A stretch of DNA of 64,000 nt from Spirochaetia bacterium. Lineage in GTDB: Bacteria > Spirochaetota > Spirochaetia > SZUA-6 > Bin103. Of this stretch, positions 18,877 through 30,157 are shown piece by piece. Made by a program: the position numbers and the translations under genes. The first letter of the stretch is position 1. The number at the start of each line of letters is the position of its first letter. Below the pieces are notes generated by a model. That model was not told the DNA's origin. It saw only the letters and a program-made list of their open reading frames with translations, and did not search any database. The stretch lies in contig OZ241863.1 in NCBI GenBank assembly GCA_965203055.1, positions 2,720,001 to 2,784,000 on the forward strand, given 5' to 3'.

Positions 18877-20448
18877 ATGCGTTCGTTCAACACTGCCGGT
18901 CCGGTCGATCCGGCCGACCATTACCTGATCCCGCCGCTGTCGCGGATCGACCTGGACGAAGTGCTCGGCCTGGTGCGGGACAAGAAGTACTTCGTGCTGC
19001 ATGCGCCGCGGCAGACCGGCAAGACCTCGGCGCTGCTGGCGCTGGCCGACTTGCTGAATGAACGCGGCTACCACTGCGTGTACGTCACCGTGGAAACTGC
19101 CCGCACCGCCCGCGACGACGTGCAGCAGGCGGTGCAGGTGGTGCTCGCCTCGCTGGCGGAGGCGGCGGACGACGCGTTGGACGATCGCTTCCTGGCGGGT
19201 GTCCGGGCCGAGATTCTCGCCGATTTCGGGCCGAACATGGCGTTGCGCACCGCCTTGCGGCGCTGGGCGCAGGCGGCGCCGCGCCCGCTGGTGCTGCTGA
19301 TCGACGAGATCGATACGCTGGTCGGCGACTCGCTGCTGTCGGTGCTGCAGCAACTCCGCGCCGGCTACCCCGGCCGCCCGGAGCGCTTCCCGCAGAGCGT
19401 CGTGCTGTGCGGCCTGCGCGACGTGCGCGACTACCGCATGGGCGCCACCGGCAGCCCGTTCAACATCGCCGCGGCGTCGTTGCGGCTGGGCGACTTCTCG
19501 CGCGCGGAGACGCTGGCCCTGCTCGGCCAGCATACCGAGGCGACCGGCCAGGAGTTCGCGCCGGAGGCGCTGGAGGCGGTGTGGACGCAGACCTGCGGCC
19601 AGCCATGGCTGGTCAACGCGCTGGCCTACGGCGCCTGCTTCAAGAACAAGGCGCTGCGCGACGACCGCTCGCGCCCGGTCACCGCCGCCGCGGTCGCCGC
19701 GGTCCGCGAGGAGCTGATCGTCGAACGGGTGACCCACCTCGACTACCTGGCCGACAAGCTGCGCGAGGAGCGCGTGCGGCGGGTGATCGAGCCGATGCTG
19801 ACCGGCGCCGACCGCTACGCCATCAGCGACCGCGACCTGGGCTACGCGCGCGACCTGGGGCTGCTCGCCCGCGATCAGCCGGTGCGCATCGCCAACCCGA
19901 TCTACGCCGAGGTGCTGCCGCGCGAACTGTCGTGGGCAGCGCAGGAGACGCTCGACCTGTCGCCGCCGCGTTACGTGCGCGCGGACGGCAGCCTGAACGT
20001 GGACTTGCTGCTGGAGGAGTTCCAGAGCTTCTTCCGGCGCCACTCCGAGCACTGGCGCGACCGCTTCGCCTACGCGGAGGCGTGGCCGCAGTTGCTGCTG
20101 CAGGCCTACCTGCAGCGGGTGGTGAACGGGGGCGGGCGCATCGAGCGGGAGTACGCGCTGGGCCGCGGGCGGGTCGACCTGCTGATCGTGTGGCCGGTGG
20201 GGGAGCGGTCGCTGGCGCAGCGGGCGCAGGAGGTGGTGGTGGAGTGCAAGGTGGTGCGGGAGCGGGACGGGCTGGAGCGGACCATTGCCGAAGGAGTGGA
20301 GCAGACGGCGGGGTACGCGGCGCGCTGCGCGGCGGAGGCGGCGCACCTGGTGGTGATCGACTGCCGGGAGGACCGCACCTGGGAGGAGAAGATATTCCAC
20401 CACCGGCGCGGCGCCGCGGCGGCCTCGGTGGAGGTGTGGGGCATGTGA
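18877..20448 (+). CDS. AAA-like (AAA_35-type) ATPase with C-terminal PD-(D/E)XK nuclease-like domain
   Basis: MRSFNTAGP, HAPRQTGKTS, LLIDEID, SPFNI, GQPWLVN, REYALGRGRVDL..VVECK; extended -10 TGgTACACT at 18858-18866. Confidence 0.85.
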   Translation: MRSFNTAGPVDPADHYLIPPLSRIDLDEVLGLVRDKKYFVLHAPRQTGKTSALLALADLLNERGYHCVYVTVETARTARDDVQQAVQVVLASLAEAADDALDDRFLAGVRAEILADFGPNMALRTALRRWAQAAPRPLVLLIDEIDTLVGDSLLSVLQQLRAGYPGRPERFPQSVVLCGLRDVRDYRMGATGSPFNIAAASLRLGDFSRAETLALLGQHTEATGQEFAPEALEAVWTQTCGQPWLVNALAYGACFKNKALRDDRSRPVTAAAVAAVREELIVERVTHLDYLADKLREERVRRVIEPMLTGADRYAISDRDLGYARDLGLLARDQPVRIANPIYAEVLPRELSWAAQETLDLSPPRYVRADGSLNVDLLLEEFQSFFRRHSEHWRDRFAYAEAWPQLLLQAYLQRVVNGGGRIEREYALGRGRVDLLIVWPVGERSLAQRAQEVVVECKVVRERDGLERTIAEGVEQTAGYAARCAAEAAHLVVIDCREDRTWEEKIFHHRRGAAAASVEVWGM

Positions 20449-20487
20449 CGAGGGCGGCGCGTCTCTTGCTCGGCGATACTCCGGGTG

Positions 20488-21348
20488 CTATGCGGGGCCG
20501 GGGGTGGTGTTGGCGGCGAGCCAGCGCGCGGCATTGGCGATGATGCGCAAGGGGATCGGCTGCCGGTAGATCGGGTAGGTCTCGTGGCCGGGACGGAAGT
20601 AGAACAGCCGGCCGCGGCCAATCTGCCACACCATGCCGCTGCGGAACCACTCGCCGGTGGGCCAGCGATCCTCGAAGATCACCTCGTCCGGGGCAGGGAC
20701 GTGGAGCGGTTCGTCATACATCTCGGACTGCGGGAGCGAGAACTGGTCGGGGATGCCCTCGGCGATCGGGTGTTCGGGCAGCAAGGTGCGGGAGAAGCTC
20801 GGCTTGCCGTCGGCGCGCCATGCCGGGAAGCAGCAGATCGGAAGCCGGACGCGGACGCGAGTGATGCCGTCCGGGAACTTGCGCACCTGATGGGAGGGCG
20901 TGACCGCGGCGTCCCTGGCGGGAGCCTGGTAGCGGTTCTCGGGCGGGACGAACTCCAGCTCGACCCGTTCGCCGCGGCCGTCCGGGAACAGACGTTGCGC
21001 GTCTTCGCGGGCGCGATGGTCCATCGCCGCGACGAACGGCGTGGCCCAGTGAGCCGAGTGCAGCACGATGAGCGACAGCCGCCCCGCGATGACCCGGTCC
21101 AGGATCCTCCGGCCGGTCTCGGCGGATACTTCGCGGTGCCGCACGTGACCCCACCAGACGAGCACCTGACTGGCCTCGAGGGCGGCGTCGGAAAGACCCT
21201 GGTCGGGATCGTCCAACCCGACTGACTGCACTGCCATGCCGCCCTGGGCGCGCAGATGGGAGGCGATTGCGTTGCCGAGAAAGTTGGCGTACGCCTCCTG
21301 CTGGCGCGGCTGGCGCTCGTCCCATACCAGGACCCCAAGGTCACTCAT
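20488..21348 (-). CDS. ThuA (trehalose utilisation) domain protein
   Basis: VLVWDE, VLVWWGH, LIVLHSAH, EMYDEP, GEWFRSG, FYFRPGHETYP. Confidence 0.88.
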   Translation of the reverse strand: MSDLGVLVWDERQPRQQEAYANFLGNAIASHLRAQGGMAVQSVGLDDPDQGLSDAALEASQVLVWWGHVRHREVSAETGRRILDRVIAGRLSLIVLHSAHWATPFVAAMDHRAREDAQRLFPDGRGERVELEFVPPENRYQAPARDAAVTPSHQVRKFPDGITRVRVRLPICCFPAWRADGKPSFSRTLLPEHPIAEGIPDQFSLPQSEMYDEPLHVPAPDEVIFEDRWPTGEWFRSGMVWQIGRGRLFYFRPGHETYPIYRQPIPLRIIANAARWLAANTTPGPA

Positions 21349-21436
21349 GCGGGACAGTAAAGACGATCCGCCGGCCCGCGGCAAGCCCGGATCGCCGCCG
21401 GAGCGCGGCGCAGGGCGGGCGGAGCAGTCTCGGTGG

Positions 21437-22948
21437 TCAGCCGCCGGGCGGCGGGAAGCGGGCGCTCCGGTCGAGCGGATAGAGGCCGGGGCGCAGGCGC
21501 CGGTAGCGGTAGCCGGCGAAGTCGGGGCGGTGCACGCCCGGCGTGTCCAGGTCGAAGATGCGCTCGGCGATCGACTGGTAGGTGCTGCGGAAGTGCACCG
21601 CCGACTTGAGCGCCACCAGCCGCTGCGCCCGCGGCTCGATGCCGACGCTGCGCAGCAGCTCGGCGTCGAGCGGCTGCACGCGGCGCTCGGTCACCACCAC
21701 TCGGACGCCGCGGCACTGCAGCACCGCAGTGCGGCCCATTTCGGTGGTGCCGCCCTCCCCCATGCGGCTGCGCGTCACGAAGCGGCCATCCGCCAGCAGC
21801 CGGACCACCGCCCGCAGCGCCACCGGATCGCCGTGGCGGCGGTCGGTCTTGCCGCCGAGGCGCACGGCGATCGTCTCCCCCACCCCGGCCGCGGCGGCCG
21901 CGGCCACCACTTCGGGATCGGCGATCACCGCCACGACCGCGTCCTCCACGCCGCCCGCCAGCAGCTCGCGCAACACGACCGTGCCGTCGCACGGGGCGCC
22001 CCCGCCGGGGTTGTCGGAACCGTCGGCCAGCACCACCAGGCCGGCCGCTTCCTCGCGCGCGTATCGGACCGCCTCCCGCACCGGAGTCAGGGTCACGTCG
22101 AAGTCGCGCCGCCGCCGCCAGACGGCGCGGGCCAACTCGCCGGCCCGCGCCGCGGCCAATTCCGCCGAGCCGTCCGCGGTGACCAGCACCGAAGCGCCGG
22201 CGTCGCGGACGTCGGCAAACGGAAAGCCGTAGGCGATGGTGGCGTCCAGCACCGCCGGCTCCCGCTCCATGGCCTGCGCCCGGCGCAACAGGGCGCGGGC
22301 CGGCGAGATCAGCGTGCACTGCCGCGGCGGCATGGTGACGAGCGGCAACTGCACGTACGCCAGCCGCGGGCGTACCTCGCCTGCCGCCGCGGCATGGACC
22401 AGCCGCCCCGCCTGCAGGCCGCGCTCGAAGGCATCCACGTGGGGATACTCCTCGAACCCGATGATGGCGTCGGCGTGCGCCGCCATGCGCGCGGTGACGT
22501 TGGCATGCAGGTCCAGGGTCACCACCAGCGGCGTCGCCTCCCCCACTACCGCCCGCGTTCGTTCGATCAGATCGCCCTCCGCGTCCTCCAGGTGTTCGCT
22601 CACCATGGCTCCGTGCAGGTCGAGCAGCACCCCGCGGCAGCCGGCCGCGCGCCGGGCGAGACGCTCCAGCAGCACTCCGGCGAGCTCTTCGTAGGCGTAC
22701 CGCGTCACCACTCCCGAGGGCGTGGCGAACGCCCACAGCAGCGGCTCCAGCTCGAAGCCCAGCTCCTCAGCGGCCGCCAGATACCCGCCGTGCACGGTGC
22801 GGGTGCCGCGGAAGTAGCGCCGGATCTGCTCCGCCGCGGCGGCCGCCGCCGGCCGCCCGCCAAAGTCGAAGTCGGGCAGCCGGGTCGGCGTGACGGCGAA
22901 GGTGTTGGTTTCGTGGCCGAGGGCGGCGCTGAAGAAGATGGCGGCCAT
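21437..22948 (-). CDS. M81 family metallopeptidase (MlrC-like)
   Basis: HETNTF, LDLHGAM, TLDLHAN, YPHVD, DNPGGGAPCDGT, KSAVHFR. Confidence 0.92.
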   Translation of the reverse strand: MAAIFFSAALGHETNTFAVTPTRLPDFDFGGRPAAAAAAEQIRRYFRGTRTVHGGYLAAAEELGFELEPLLWAFATPSGVVTRYAYEELAGVLLERLARRAAGCRGVLLDLHGAMVSEHLEDAEGDLIERTRAVVGEATPLVVTLDLHANVTARMAAHADAIIGFEEYPHVDAFERGLQAGRLVHAAAAGEVRPRLAYVQLPLVTMPPRQCTLISPARALLRRAQAMEREPAVLDATIAYGFPFADVRDAGASVLVTADGSAELAAARAGELARAVWRRRRDFDVTLTPVREAVRYAREEAAGLVVLADGSDNPGGGAPCDGTVVLRELLAGGVEDAVVAVIADPEVVAAAAAAGVGETIAVRLGGKTDRRHGDPVALRAVVRLLADGRFVTRSRMGEGGTTEMGRTAVLQCRGVRVVVTERRVQPLDAELLRSVGIEPRAQRLVALKSAVHFRSTYQSIAERIFDLDTPGVHRPDFAGYRYRRLRPGLYPLDRSARFPPPGG

Positions 22949-22962
22949 CCGGGCGCCCGCGT

Positions 22963-24444
22963 CTACGCCGCAACGACCCGCAGCTCGAGGCCGGCGATAG
23001 CGGCGAATTTCTCGATCCGCGGGAGAACGTGACCCACGCCCAGGGCGAAGTGGTGGGTCGGCCCCTCATGGCACCAGGCGTCCATGAACTCCGCCGGGCC
23101 CAGGCTGAACTGCAGGCGGCTGTCGGTGTTGCCGATCTGCAGTCCCGGGCCGGGGATGCTCTCGCCCTGCGCCGCCACCAGCCGGAGGTTGCCGGCGCGG
23201 GTCTGGGTCATCGACAACAAGGTCACCGGACCGTGCCGGACCTGCGTTTCGACGCCGATGCCCGCGCCGCGCTTGCCGTGAAACATCTCCAGGCCGCGCA
23301 GCAGCGGCCGCGCCGACGAGATGGCGAGATGGAACGGCCCGTCGTGGCCGGCCAGGATGAACTTCTCGCGGAAGTCCATCGCCGTCACTTCGGAGTAGCT
23401 GCCGCCGGCGCCGAAGCTGTCGACGATCTTCATCGCCTGGCAGTTCTTCAGATCACCCTCTCCGCTGCACGGCACCCCGCGTGAGGTCAGCAGCGAGCAG
23501 CCGAGGGCGAAGCCGGCGGCAATGCGCTCGTATTCGTTGTGGTCCAGCCCGCGGTAGTAGTAGGTCAGCCCGTCGAGGGCATGGTCCGCCGCCAGCTTGT
23601 CCAGCCCCACGGCTACCCGGCAGGCCCAGGCGAGCGCCTCGGGCGTCGGCCTGACGGCCAGCGGGTCCGACGGCGAATCCTCGGCCAACTCGAAGATCGC
23701 GAGCGCTTCCTCCTCCTTGGCCTTGACTTCAGGTTCGGTTGCGGCGCGCACCAGCGCCGCCAGATCGCACATCTCCAGGATCTCGACGTGGGTTCCGAGC
23801 TGTCCCTGGTGCTGGGTGAAGTCGCTGTACATGTCGAGCATGCCGGGGTATACGTGGCCGAGTACGCCGATGCGGCTGCCGCGCACGGTACGCAGCACGC
23901 CGGCCGCCTCGGTCCACTCCCGAATCTCCGCCCAGGCGCGCCGCGCGGGCTCACGGCAACCCGGCTCCTCCCGCAGCATGCCCGACACCAGGTGGAAGTC
24001 GACGTCGCAGCGGCGAAACGCGCAGGCGATTTCCGGCACGCAGCAGGCGCAGCAGTTGGCCAGCCACTCCCTGGTGCCGGTACGGGCGTAGTCCAGGGCG
24101 GCGCTCGGCTGCAGATTGAGGACCAGCACCGGCGCCTGCGGAATCCGCACCGCCGGCAGCACCTGGGAACTGGTGGCGTAGGTGCCGACGTAGCAGTAGA
24201 CCATGTCGACCTGGCGGCGCTGGAACAGGTTGCCCGCCTCGACCGCGCGCGGCGCCGAATCCACCAGCCCGGCGGATACCACCTCGGCCCACCGTCCGAC
24301 GCGCTCCTCGACCAAGCGCTGATAGCCCTCGAGCTGCTCCTTCAGGCCGGGAAACTGCGGCCAGTAGGCGGCCAGCCCAATGCCGAAGATGCCGATGCGC
24401 GGCCTCACCCCGCGCTGCCGGTCCGTCACGGTCGTCACGATCAT
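22963..24444 (-). CDS. L-fucose/L-arabinose isomerase family protein
   Basis: YWPQFPGL, YPGMLDMYSD, GEGDLK, GHDGPFH, HGKRG, GPTHHFA. Confidence 0.85.
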   Translation of the reverse strand: MIVTTVTDRQRGVRPRIGIFGIGLAAYWPQFPGLKEQLEGYQRLVEERVGRWAEVVSAGLVDSAPRAVEAGNLFQRRQVDMVYCYVGTYATSSQVLPAVRIPQAPVLVLNLQPSAALDYARTGTREWLANCCACCVPEIACAFRRCDVDFHLVSGMLREEPGCREPARRAWAEIREWTEAAGVLRTVRGSRIGVLGHVYPGMLDMYSDFTQHQGQLGTHVEILEMCDLAALVRAATEPEVKAKEEEALAIFELAEDSPSDPLAVRPTPEALAWACRVAVGLDKLAADHALDGLTYYYRGLDHNEYERIAAGFALGCSLLTSRGVPCSGEGDLKNCQAMKIVDSFGAGGSYSEVTAMDFREKFILAGHDGPFHLAISSARPLLRGLEMFHGKRGAGIGVETQVRHGPVTLLSMTQTRAGNLRLVAAQGESIPGPGLQIGNTDSRLQFSLGPAEFMDAWCHEGPTHHFALGVGHVLPRIEKFAAIAGLELRVVAA

Positions 24445-24481
24445 GCCTCCTCGATGCTGCGTGCGCGGCGAGGAAAGCGAA

Positions 24482-24509
24482 TTGACGCAGCGTTTCTTCT
24501 CAGTACAAT
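24482..24509 (+). promoter_or_regulatory. Sigma70-type promoter
   Basis: TTGACG-N16-TACAAT, 10 nt before ATG 24520. Confidence 0.65.
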
Positions 24510-24519
24510 AGTATGAACA

Positions 24520-25062
24520 ATGCGCGCATTGACAGAGGGCCTGTTGCCCAACTGGGATCCTCCGGGAGAAACGTGGCCGTTGCTGTTCACCTACGCGTAC
24601 TTGGTCGATGCCGAATCGTTCCGGGCAACGGTCAAGATCAACGGTGCCCTCCTCGCCACCATCAATCCCGCCGACGGACGCTGCTGGCTCGACGGTGTGT
24701 ACCCGGGAGGTACCGCCGCCGGCGGCACCGGCGTCGATGATGCTTACGCCAACTTCACGAAGTTCGTCGCCGGGATAATCGATGACATGGCCGACGACTG
24801 CGGCACACTCGCGGCATTCGAGGAATGGCTGCGCGCATTCGTGACGAGCACCGACGATCTCACGCTCGGTAGTTGGCAGGAAGGCGTGTTGAAGGTCCGC
24901 AGCAACGCGCCGGGGTCACCCCCGAAGCTTGAGCGGCGTGACTCCGAGGGATGGACTCCTGACGCTTCGATTGAGATGACTACTCCGCCGGTTGCGCGCG
25001 CCACAGGTGCCGCATCTCGGCGCTGCCGGCCAGCAGCTCGTCCAGGCCGCCGCGCGCGCTGA
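24520..25062 (+). CDS. Hypothetical protein (weak HicB-like motif), probably 3'-truncated
   Basis: Protein-like up to about 24980, then reads antisense through the convergent ABC gene; [24 protein letters not shown]. Confidence 0.5.
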   Translation: MRALTEGLLPNWDPPGETWPLLFTYAYLVDAESFRATVKINGALLATINPADGRCWLDGVYPGGTAAGGTGVDDAYANFTKFVAGIIDDMADDCGTLAAFEEWLRAFVTSTDDLTLGSWQEGVLKVRSNAPGSPPKLERRDSEGWTPDASIEMTTPPVARATGAASRRCRPAARPGRRAR

Positions 25063-26818
25063 CCCGGCCATCCTGCAGCACCACGATGCTGTCGGCGCGC
25101 TGCAGCAGGGCGCGGCTGTGGGACACCGCCACCACCGACGCTTCCGGGTTGTGGGTGAACAGATTGCTCCACAGCAGCGCTTCGGTCTCCACGTCGAGCG
25201 CGCTCGACAGGTCGTCCACTACCAGCAGCTCGGCGTTGCGGACGAACATCCGGGCGGCGGCGATGCGCTGCGCCTGACCGCCCGAGACGCGCACCCCGCG
25301 CGGTCCGACGATGGTCTGCAGCCCCTGCTCCAGGGTGGCGACGTCGGTCTCCAGCATGGCGGCGCGCACCGCCCCGGCCAGGTCCACCTGCTCTTCCGGC
25401 AGCCCGACCAGCACGTTGTCGATCAGCGGCGCGCTGAGCAGCGCCGGCACCTGCGGCGTATAGGCGACCCGCGGCGGCACCAGCAGCGCGCCGGGATCGG
25501 TCACCGGCGCGCCGTTCCACAACACGCGCCCGGAGTCCGCGCTGAGCAGCCCCAACAACACCCGCAGCAAGGTCGACTTGCCGGCTCCGATGCGTCCCAC
25601 CACGGCCACGCGCTGGCCGCGCCGCACCGTCAGATCGACGTTGCGAATGCCATGCGCCGAGCCGGCGTAGGTAAAGGAAATGTCTTCGAGGGAAATGCTC
25701 ACGAACCGGTCGGCCGCGGTCTTGGGGCGGTAGGGAAGCTCGGGCAACGGACCGCGCAGGTGCATGCTGCTCGGGGCGGTCAAGGTATCGGGCGGCGCCC
25801 CTCCCAGCATCGTCAACAGCCGTTGCAGCGACACCGAAACCTGCCGCAGGCGGGTCAGGAAGTTGCCGAACCCGCCGGCCGCCTGCTGCGACAGAAAGGT
25901 AAGGTTGTACACGAACAGGGAGAAGTCGCCGACGCTGAAGCTGCCGTCGACCAGGGCGCCGGCGGCCACTATCAGAATCACGCCGGCGCCGATCTGGGCC
26001 ACGTTGTCGAAGCCGGAAGTGAGAATCTTCGTCAGGAGCTGGTCGCGCACCGCGCCCTGCAGGCGGGCGGCGTTGAGCTGTTCGAAGCGCCGCACCGCGC
26101 GCTGCTCCGCGGACAGCGCCTGCACCGCGCCGATGGCGCCGTACAGCTCGGCGATGAAGCTGGTCACCGCGCCGGTGTCGCGGCGAAACCGTTCGTGGTA
26201 GCGGCTGATGCGCTGCCGCAGTACGCGCACCGCGACCACGATCACTACCAGCGGGGCGAACACCAGCGCCGTCAACGGAGCGTCGATGCGCGCCATGGCC
26301 ACGCCGCCGATCACGGCGAACGCCAGCGTGCCGAGTTGGAAGTTGAGGTCCATCAGCAGGCGAACCACGGCATCCACGTCGTCGCGCAGGCGGCTGATCG
26401 CCTCGCCCGGGGTGTGCGGCAGGGCGTGGCCGGCGGCCTGCCCCAGGGTGCGCTCGATCACGTTCTTCCGCAACAGCGAGGTAAGCGCGAACTCGGTGCG
26501 GAAGAACAGCGGGAGATCGATGAACACTATCACCGCGCGCGCCAAGGCGATGCCGATCAGCGCGGCGCACAGCAGCCAGGGACCGAATACCAGCGGCCGG
26601 TCGCCGCTCAACTCATCCAGCAGCACGCGCGCCACCAGCCCGATCATCTGAAACGACACGCCGAATACCAGCAGGTGGGCGACGCCCAGAAACAGGTAGT
26701 TCCACTTGCGAAACCAGAGCAGCCGGAGCAGGGCCCTGACCGCGGTGGCGGGACGGCCGCGCCGCGCCGCCCCGCCGCCGTCGGCCGCCCGCCGGCGCGC
26801 GCGGCGCGGGCGGATCAC
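24980..26818 (-). CDS. Fused TMD-NBD ABC half-transporter (non-canonical Walker B, VDD)
   Basis: TM helices, [28 protein letters not shown] start overlaps the upstream stop (GTGA). Confidence 0.9.
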   Translation of the reverse strand: MIRPRRARRRAADGGGAARRGRPATAVRALLRLLWFRKWNYLFLGVAHLLVFGVSFQMIGLVARVLLDELSGDRPLVFGPWLLCAALIGIALARAVIVFIDLPLFFRTEFALTSLLRKNVIERTLGQAAGHALPHTPGEAISRLRDDVDAVVRLLMDLNFQLGTLAFAVIGGVAMARIDAPLTALVFAPLVVIVVAVRVLRQRISRYHERFRRDTGAVTSFIAELYGAIGAVQALSAEQRAVRRFEQLNAARLQGAVRDQLLTKILTSGFDNVAQIGAGVILIVAAGALVDGSFSVGDFSLFVYNLTFLSQQAAGGFGNFLTRLRQVSVSLQRLLTMLGGAPPDTLTAPSSMHLRGPLPELPYRPKTAADRFVSISLEDISFTYAGSAHGIRNVDLTVRRGQRVAVVGRIGAGKSTLLRVLLGLLSADSGRVLWNGAPVTDPGALLVPPRVAYTPQVPALLSAPLIDNVLVGLPEEQVDLAGAVRAAMLETDVATLEQGLQTIVGPRGVRVSGGQAQRIAAARMFVRNAELLVVDDLSSALDVETEALLWSNLFTHNPEASVVAVSHSRALLQRADSIVVLQDGRVSARGGLDELLAGSAEMRHLWRAQPAE

Positions 26819-28668
26819 TGCAGCACCTCCGCCGAACCGTGCCGCAGCAGCCGCGCCAGGCGCGAGCGCGGATCCGCCATCAGGGCGGCGCGGCGCCCGA
26901 ACTCCGCCAGTCGGCCGTTGTCCAACAGGGCGATCCAGTCGGCGCGCAGCACGGTGCTCAGGCGATGGGCGATGATGATCGCGGTGCGCCCGGCGACCAG
27001 CCGGTCGACCGCGTGCTCGATGGAACGCTCGGTGCCGGGGTCCAGACGGGACGACGCCTCGTCCAGCACCACCACCGCCGGATCGCTGAGCAGGAACACG
27101 CGCCCGAAGGCGAGCAGCTGCGCCTGGCCGGCTGACAGCTCGGCGTTCTGGCCGGCCAACTCGGTGCGCACGCCGTGCGGCAGCGCGCGCCACCAGCGCC
27201 CCAGTCCCAGCTCGTCCAGCACCTCGATGATCCGTTCGTCGGGCAGCGTGGTGTCGAACAGCGTGAGATTGTCGCGCACCGATCCATGGACCAGGTCCAC
27301 CCGCTGATTCACCATCGCCAGCCGCGACCGCAGCGCCGCGAGGTCGAGGCCGCGCACGTCGTGGCCGCCGAGCCGGACGCTGCCGCGGTCCACGTCGTAG
27401 AAGCGGAACAGCAACCGGGACAAGGTGGTCTTGCCGCTGCCGGTGCGCCCGATCAGACCGAGCACGTCACCGGCGGGCAGCTCCAGCGAGAGGTCATGCA
27501 GCACCGGCAGGGCGGGGTCGTAGCCAAAGGTGACGCCGTCGAAGCGTACCGCCAATGCGCCGGGCGGCAGCGCCTCGGGCGGCCCGTCGGGCGCCGCGCC
27601 GCCGCCGCCCGGCGCGGCGCCCGCCACCCGCGGGCCGGGCCGGATCAGCGCGGAGCGCTCGGCCAGCAGCCGCAGCGCGCGCCGTGCGGCCGCCGCGGCG
27701 CGCTGGAAGTCCTCCATCTGAAATACCACCATGCGCAACGGGCGTGAGATCATGCCGGCATAGTGGAACACCAGGTAGGCCATCCCCAGCGTCGCCAGGT
27801 CGTTCAGGTAGAGCCACGCGCCGAGCCCCAGCCCCACCGCGTAGCCGGCGGTGTCCACCAGCAGCCAGGCGTTGACCATCACGTTGGTGCGCATGGCGGC
27901 CTTGATCTGATGCCGCAGGTAGCGCCGCGTCAGCCCGTAGAAGCGGCGGATCACGTAGGGCTTGCCGGCGCTGGTGTGGATGTCCTCGATCCCGGTCAGC
28001 GTCTCCTCCAGGAACCCGAACAGTTCGCCGCTCGCCTGCCGGGTCCGCTGCCACGGCTCCACGCCGATCCGGCGCAGGCTCAGCAGCACCGCCCATGACA
28101 CCGCGACGAACCCGCCGAACACGGCCGCCACCCGCCAGTCCTGCAGCAGGATCACCACCAGCACCCCGGCGATCACCAGCACGCTGCCGGCGATCTGGAC
28201 TACGAACTCCGAGAAGTAGTTGCTCAACAGGGTAACGTCGCCGTCCACGCGCTCGATCATCTCGCCCGGGGTATGGGCGTTGTGGTACCGCTGATCCAAC
28301 CCCACCGAGTGGCGCAGCAGGTCCACGCGCAAGGCGTTGGTGGCCTGCCAGCCGAGCTGCACGCTCAGGTAGGTCGCCAGCACCGCTACCGCCTGGGCGC
28401 CGATCGCGGCGCCGACGAAGGCCAGCGCCCACAGCACCAGGGTGTTCAGCGGCGCCCCGGCCAGGGCCGCGTCCAGCACGTGGCGCACGATGAGCGGGTT
28501 GAACGACTGCGCGCCGCTGCCGGCCAGCAGCAGCACCCCCAGCAGCGCGACCTGCCGGCGCTGGTGGCGCAGGTAGTGGCGCAGCATCCCGAACAGGGTG
28601 CCGGGAATCGCGGCGGGCGGAGCGGAAGCCGGGGCGGATGGGGCGGCGGATGGGGCGGAGGAAGTCAC
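26815..28668 (-). CDS. Fused TMD-NBD ABC half-transporter (LSAGQ signature)
   Basis: [31 protein letters not shown]; start uncertain (28668 or 28680). Confidence 0.9.
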   Translation of the reverse strand: MTSSAPSAAPSAPASAPPAAIPGTLFGMLRHYLRHQRRQVALLGVLLLAGSGAQSFNPLIVRHVLDAALAGAPLNTLVLWALAFVGAAIGAQAVAVLATYLSVQLGWQATNALRVDLLRHSVGLDQRYHNAHTPGEMIERVDGDVTLLSNYFSEFVVQIAGSVLVIAGVLVVILLQDWRVAAVFGGFVAVSWAVLLSLRRIGVEPWQRTRQASGELFGFLEETLTGIEDIHTSAGKPYVIRRFYGLTRRYLRHQIKAAMRTNVMVNAWLLVDTAGYAVGLGLGAWLYLNDLATLGMAYLVFHYAGMISRPLRMVVFQMEDFQRAAAAARRALRLLAERSALIRPGPRVAGAAPGGGGAAPDGPPEALPPGALAVRFDGVTFGYDPALPVLHDLSLELPAGDVLGLIGRTGSGKTTLSRLLFRFYDVDRGSVRLGGHDVRGLDLAALRSRLAMVNQRVDLVHGSVRDNLTLFDTTLPDERIIEVLDELGLGRWWRALPHGVRTELAGQNAELSAGQAQLLAFGRVFLLSDPAVVVLDEASSRLDPGTERSIEHAVDRLVAGRTAIIIAHRLSTVLRADWIALLDNGRLAEFGRRAALMADPRSRLARLLRHGSAEVLQ

Positions 28669-28766
28669 GGGCGGCCGCAAGGTAAGCGGCCGCCCGCGGC
28701 GCCGGCAACCAAAACCGGCAACCGAAACGGATGCGGAACGGATGCCGGGAGCCGGCTACCGCCGGA

Positions 28767-30086
28767 TCACGCGAAGTCGGGAGGCCGTTCGGTATACGCC
28801 CACAGCGCCTTGGGGTCGACGTCGTCGGGCCGGCTGACGGTGGCGCCTTCCGGCTCGGGGATGGGACCGTTCAGGATCGGGTCGTCGGTCTCCTCCATCC
28901 ACCGCGTCAGCCGCTCCCGCATCTCCGCCAGGGTATCGGCATGACGCGCGTCGCCCGCCAGATTGGCCGCCTCGTTGGGATCGAACACCAGATCGTAGAG
29001 CTGCTCCTCGGCCATCGGCAGATCGGCCCAGCCGCGGCGCAGCAGCAGCTCCTTGCTCAGGCTGTTGTCGCAATTGGCGAGCGACGGGACGCGCCGGTCG
29101 AGGTAGCGGCGGATGTACTTCCAACGCCGCGTGCGGATCATCCGCTGCGGCTCGTACTGGCCGTGGTAGTTGACTTCGGCGAATACCGCGTCGTTGATCT
29201 CCTCCGTTTCGCCGCGTACCAGGGGCAGCAGCGAGCGGCCCTGCAGCCATGCCGGCGGCGCGATCGCCAGCAGTTCGCAGAGGGTCGGGAACAGGTCGAT
29301 CTGCGACACCAGCGCGTCGCTTACCCGGCCGCCGCCGAAGCCCCCCGGACCGCGCAGGATCAGCATCACCCCGGTGCCGTGGTCGGTCAGATTGCACTTC
29401 ATGCGGGGAAAGGGCAGGCCATGGTCGGTAGTGCAGATCACCAGGGTGTCGTCGGCCAGTCCGGCCTCCTGCAGCGCGCCGAGCACCAAGCCGATGCCCT
29501 GGTCCAAGGCGGTGACGCTGGCCTGGTAGGCGGCCATGTCGGCGCGCGTCTGCGGGGTGTCGGGCAGCGGCGCCGGCGGGCGCAGGTAGCGGGCGTCGTC
29601 GGCCGGGGCCGGCGGGGGGAACTCGCGGTGGGTTTCGCTGAAGCCGACCGTCAGGAAGAAGGGCTGCGCCGGCGCCGCGCCAAGGAACTCTGCCGCCGCC
29701 GGCGCCACCTCGCGCGCCTTGCGCCCGCCGGTCTCCAGAATCTGATGATAGCCGATGGTACGCGGGTCACGGCGCACGTGCTGCACGCCGGCCAGCGCGG
29801 TGTGATAGCCCGCCGCCCGCAGCGTGCGCACCAGATGACGGCTTGGGTCGGCCAGGTCGAAGCCGCGGTTCACCAGCCCGAACTGGCCCGCGCTGTGCGG
29901 GCACATGCCGGTGAGCAGCGCGGCCCGGCTCGGCGAACAGGTGGGCGCCGCGTTGTGGGCCTGGCGAAACAGCATGCCCTGCTCCGCCAGCCGCTGCAGG
30001 TTGGGCGTGCGAATGGCATAGCCGTAGGGCTCGACGTAACGGCCGGTATCATGCGAATGCAGATAGATGATGTTGGGTCGGCTCAT
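28767..30086 (-). CDS. Cys-type sulfatase (sulfamidase-like)
   Basis: PNIIYLHSHD, CSPSRAALLTG formylglycine motif, TTDHG, EQLYDL..DPNE..NL. Confidence 0.93.
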   Translation of the reverse strand: MSRPNIIYLHSHDTGRYVEPYGYAIRTPNLQRLAEQGMLFRQAHNAAPTCSPSRAALLTGMCPHSAGQFGLVNRGFDLADPSRHLVRTLRAAGYHTALAGVQHVRRDPRTIGYHQILETGGRKAREVAPAAAEFLGAAPAQPFFLTVGFSETHREFPPPAPADDARYLRPPAPLPDTPQTRADMAAYQASVTALDQGIGLVLGALQEAGLADDTLVICTTDHGLPFPRMKCNLTDHGTGVMLILRGPGGFGGGRVSDALVSQIDLFPTLCELLAIAPPAWLQGRSLLPLVRGETEEINDAVFAEVNYHGQYEPQRMIRTRRWKYIRRYLDRRVPSLANCDNSLSKELLLRRGWADLPMAEEQLYDLVFDPNEAANLAGDARHADTLAEMRERLTRWMEETDDPILNGPIPEPEGATVSRPDDVDPKALWAYTERPPDFA

Positions 30087-30157
30087 GGCCCGCTACTGTG
30101 CAGCGTATCGGAGCCACCTTCAACTCGCGGCCGCCATCGTCGGACCGAGGCCGGCGG

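Noticed and set aside
28701..28746. Short direct repeats ccggcaacc and aacggatgc (two each)
   Set aside because: Only two copies each, with no supporting promoter or conservation evidence.
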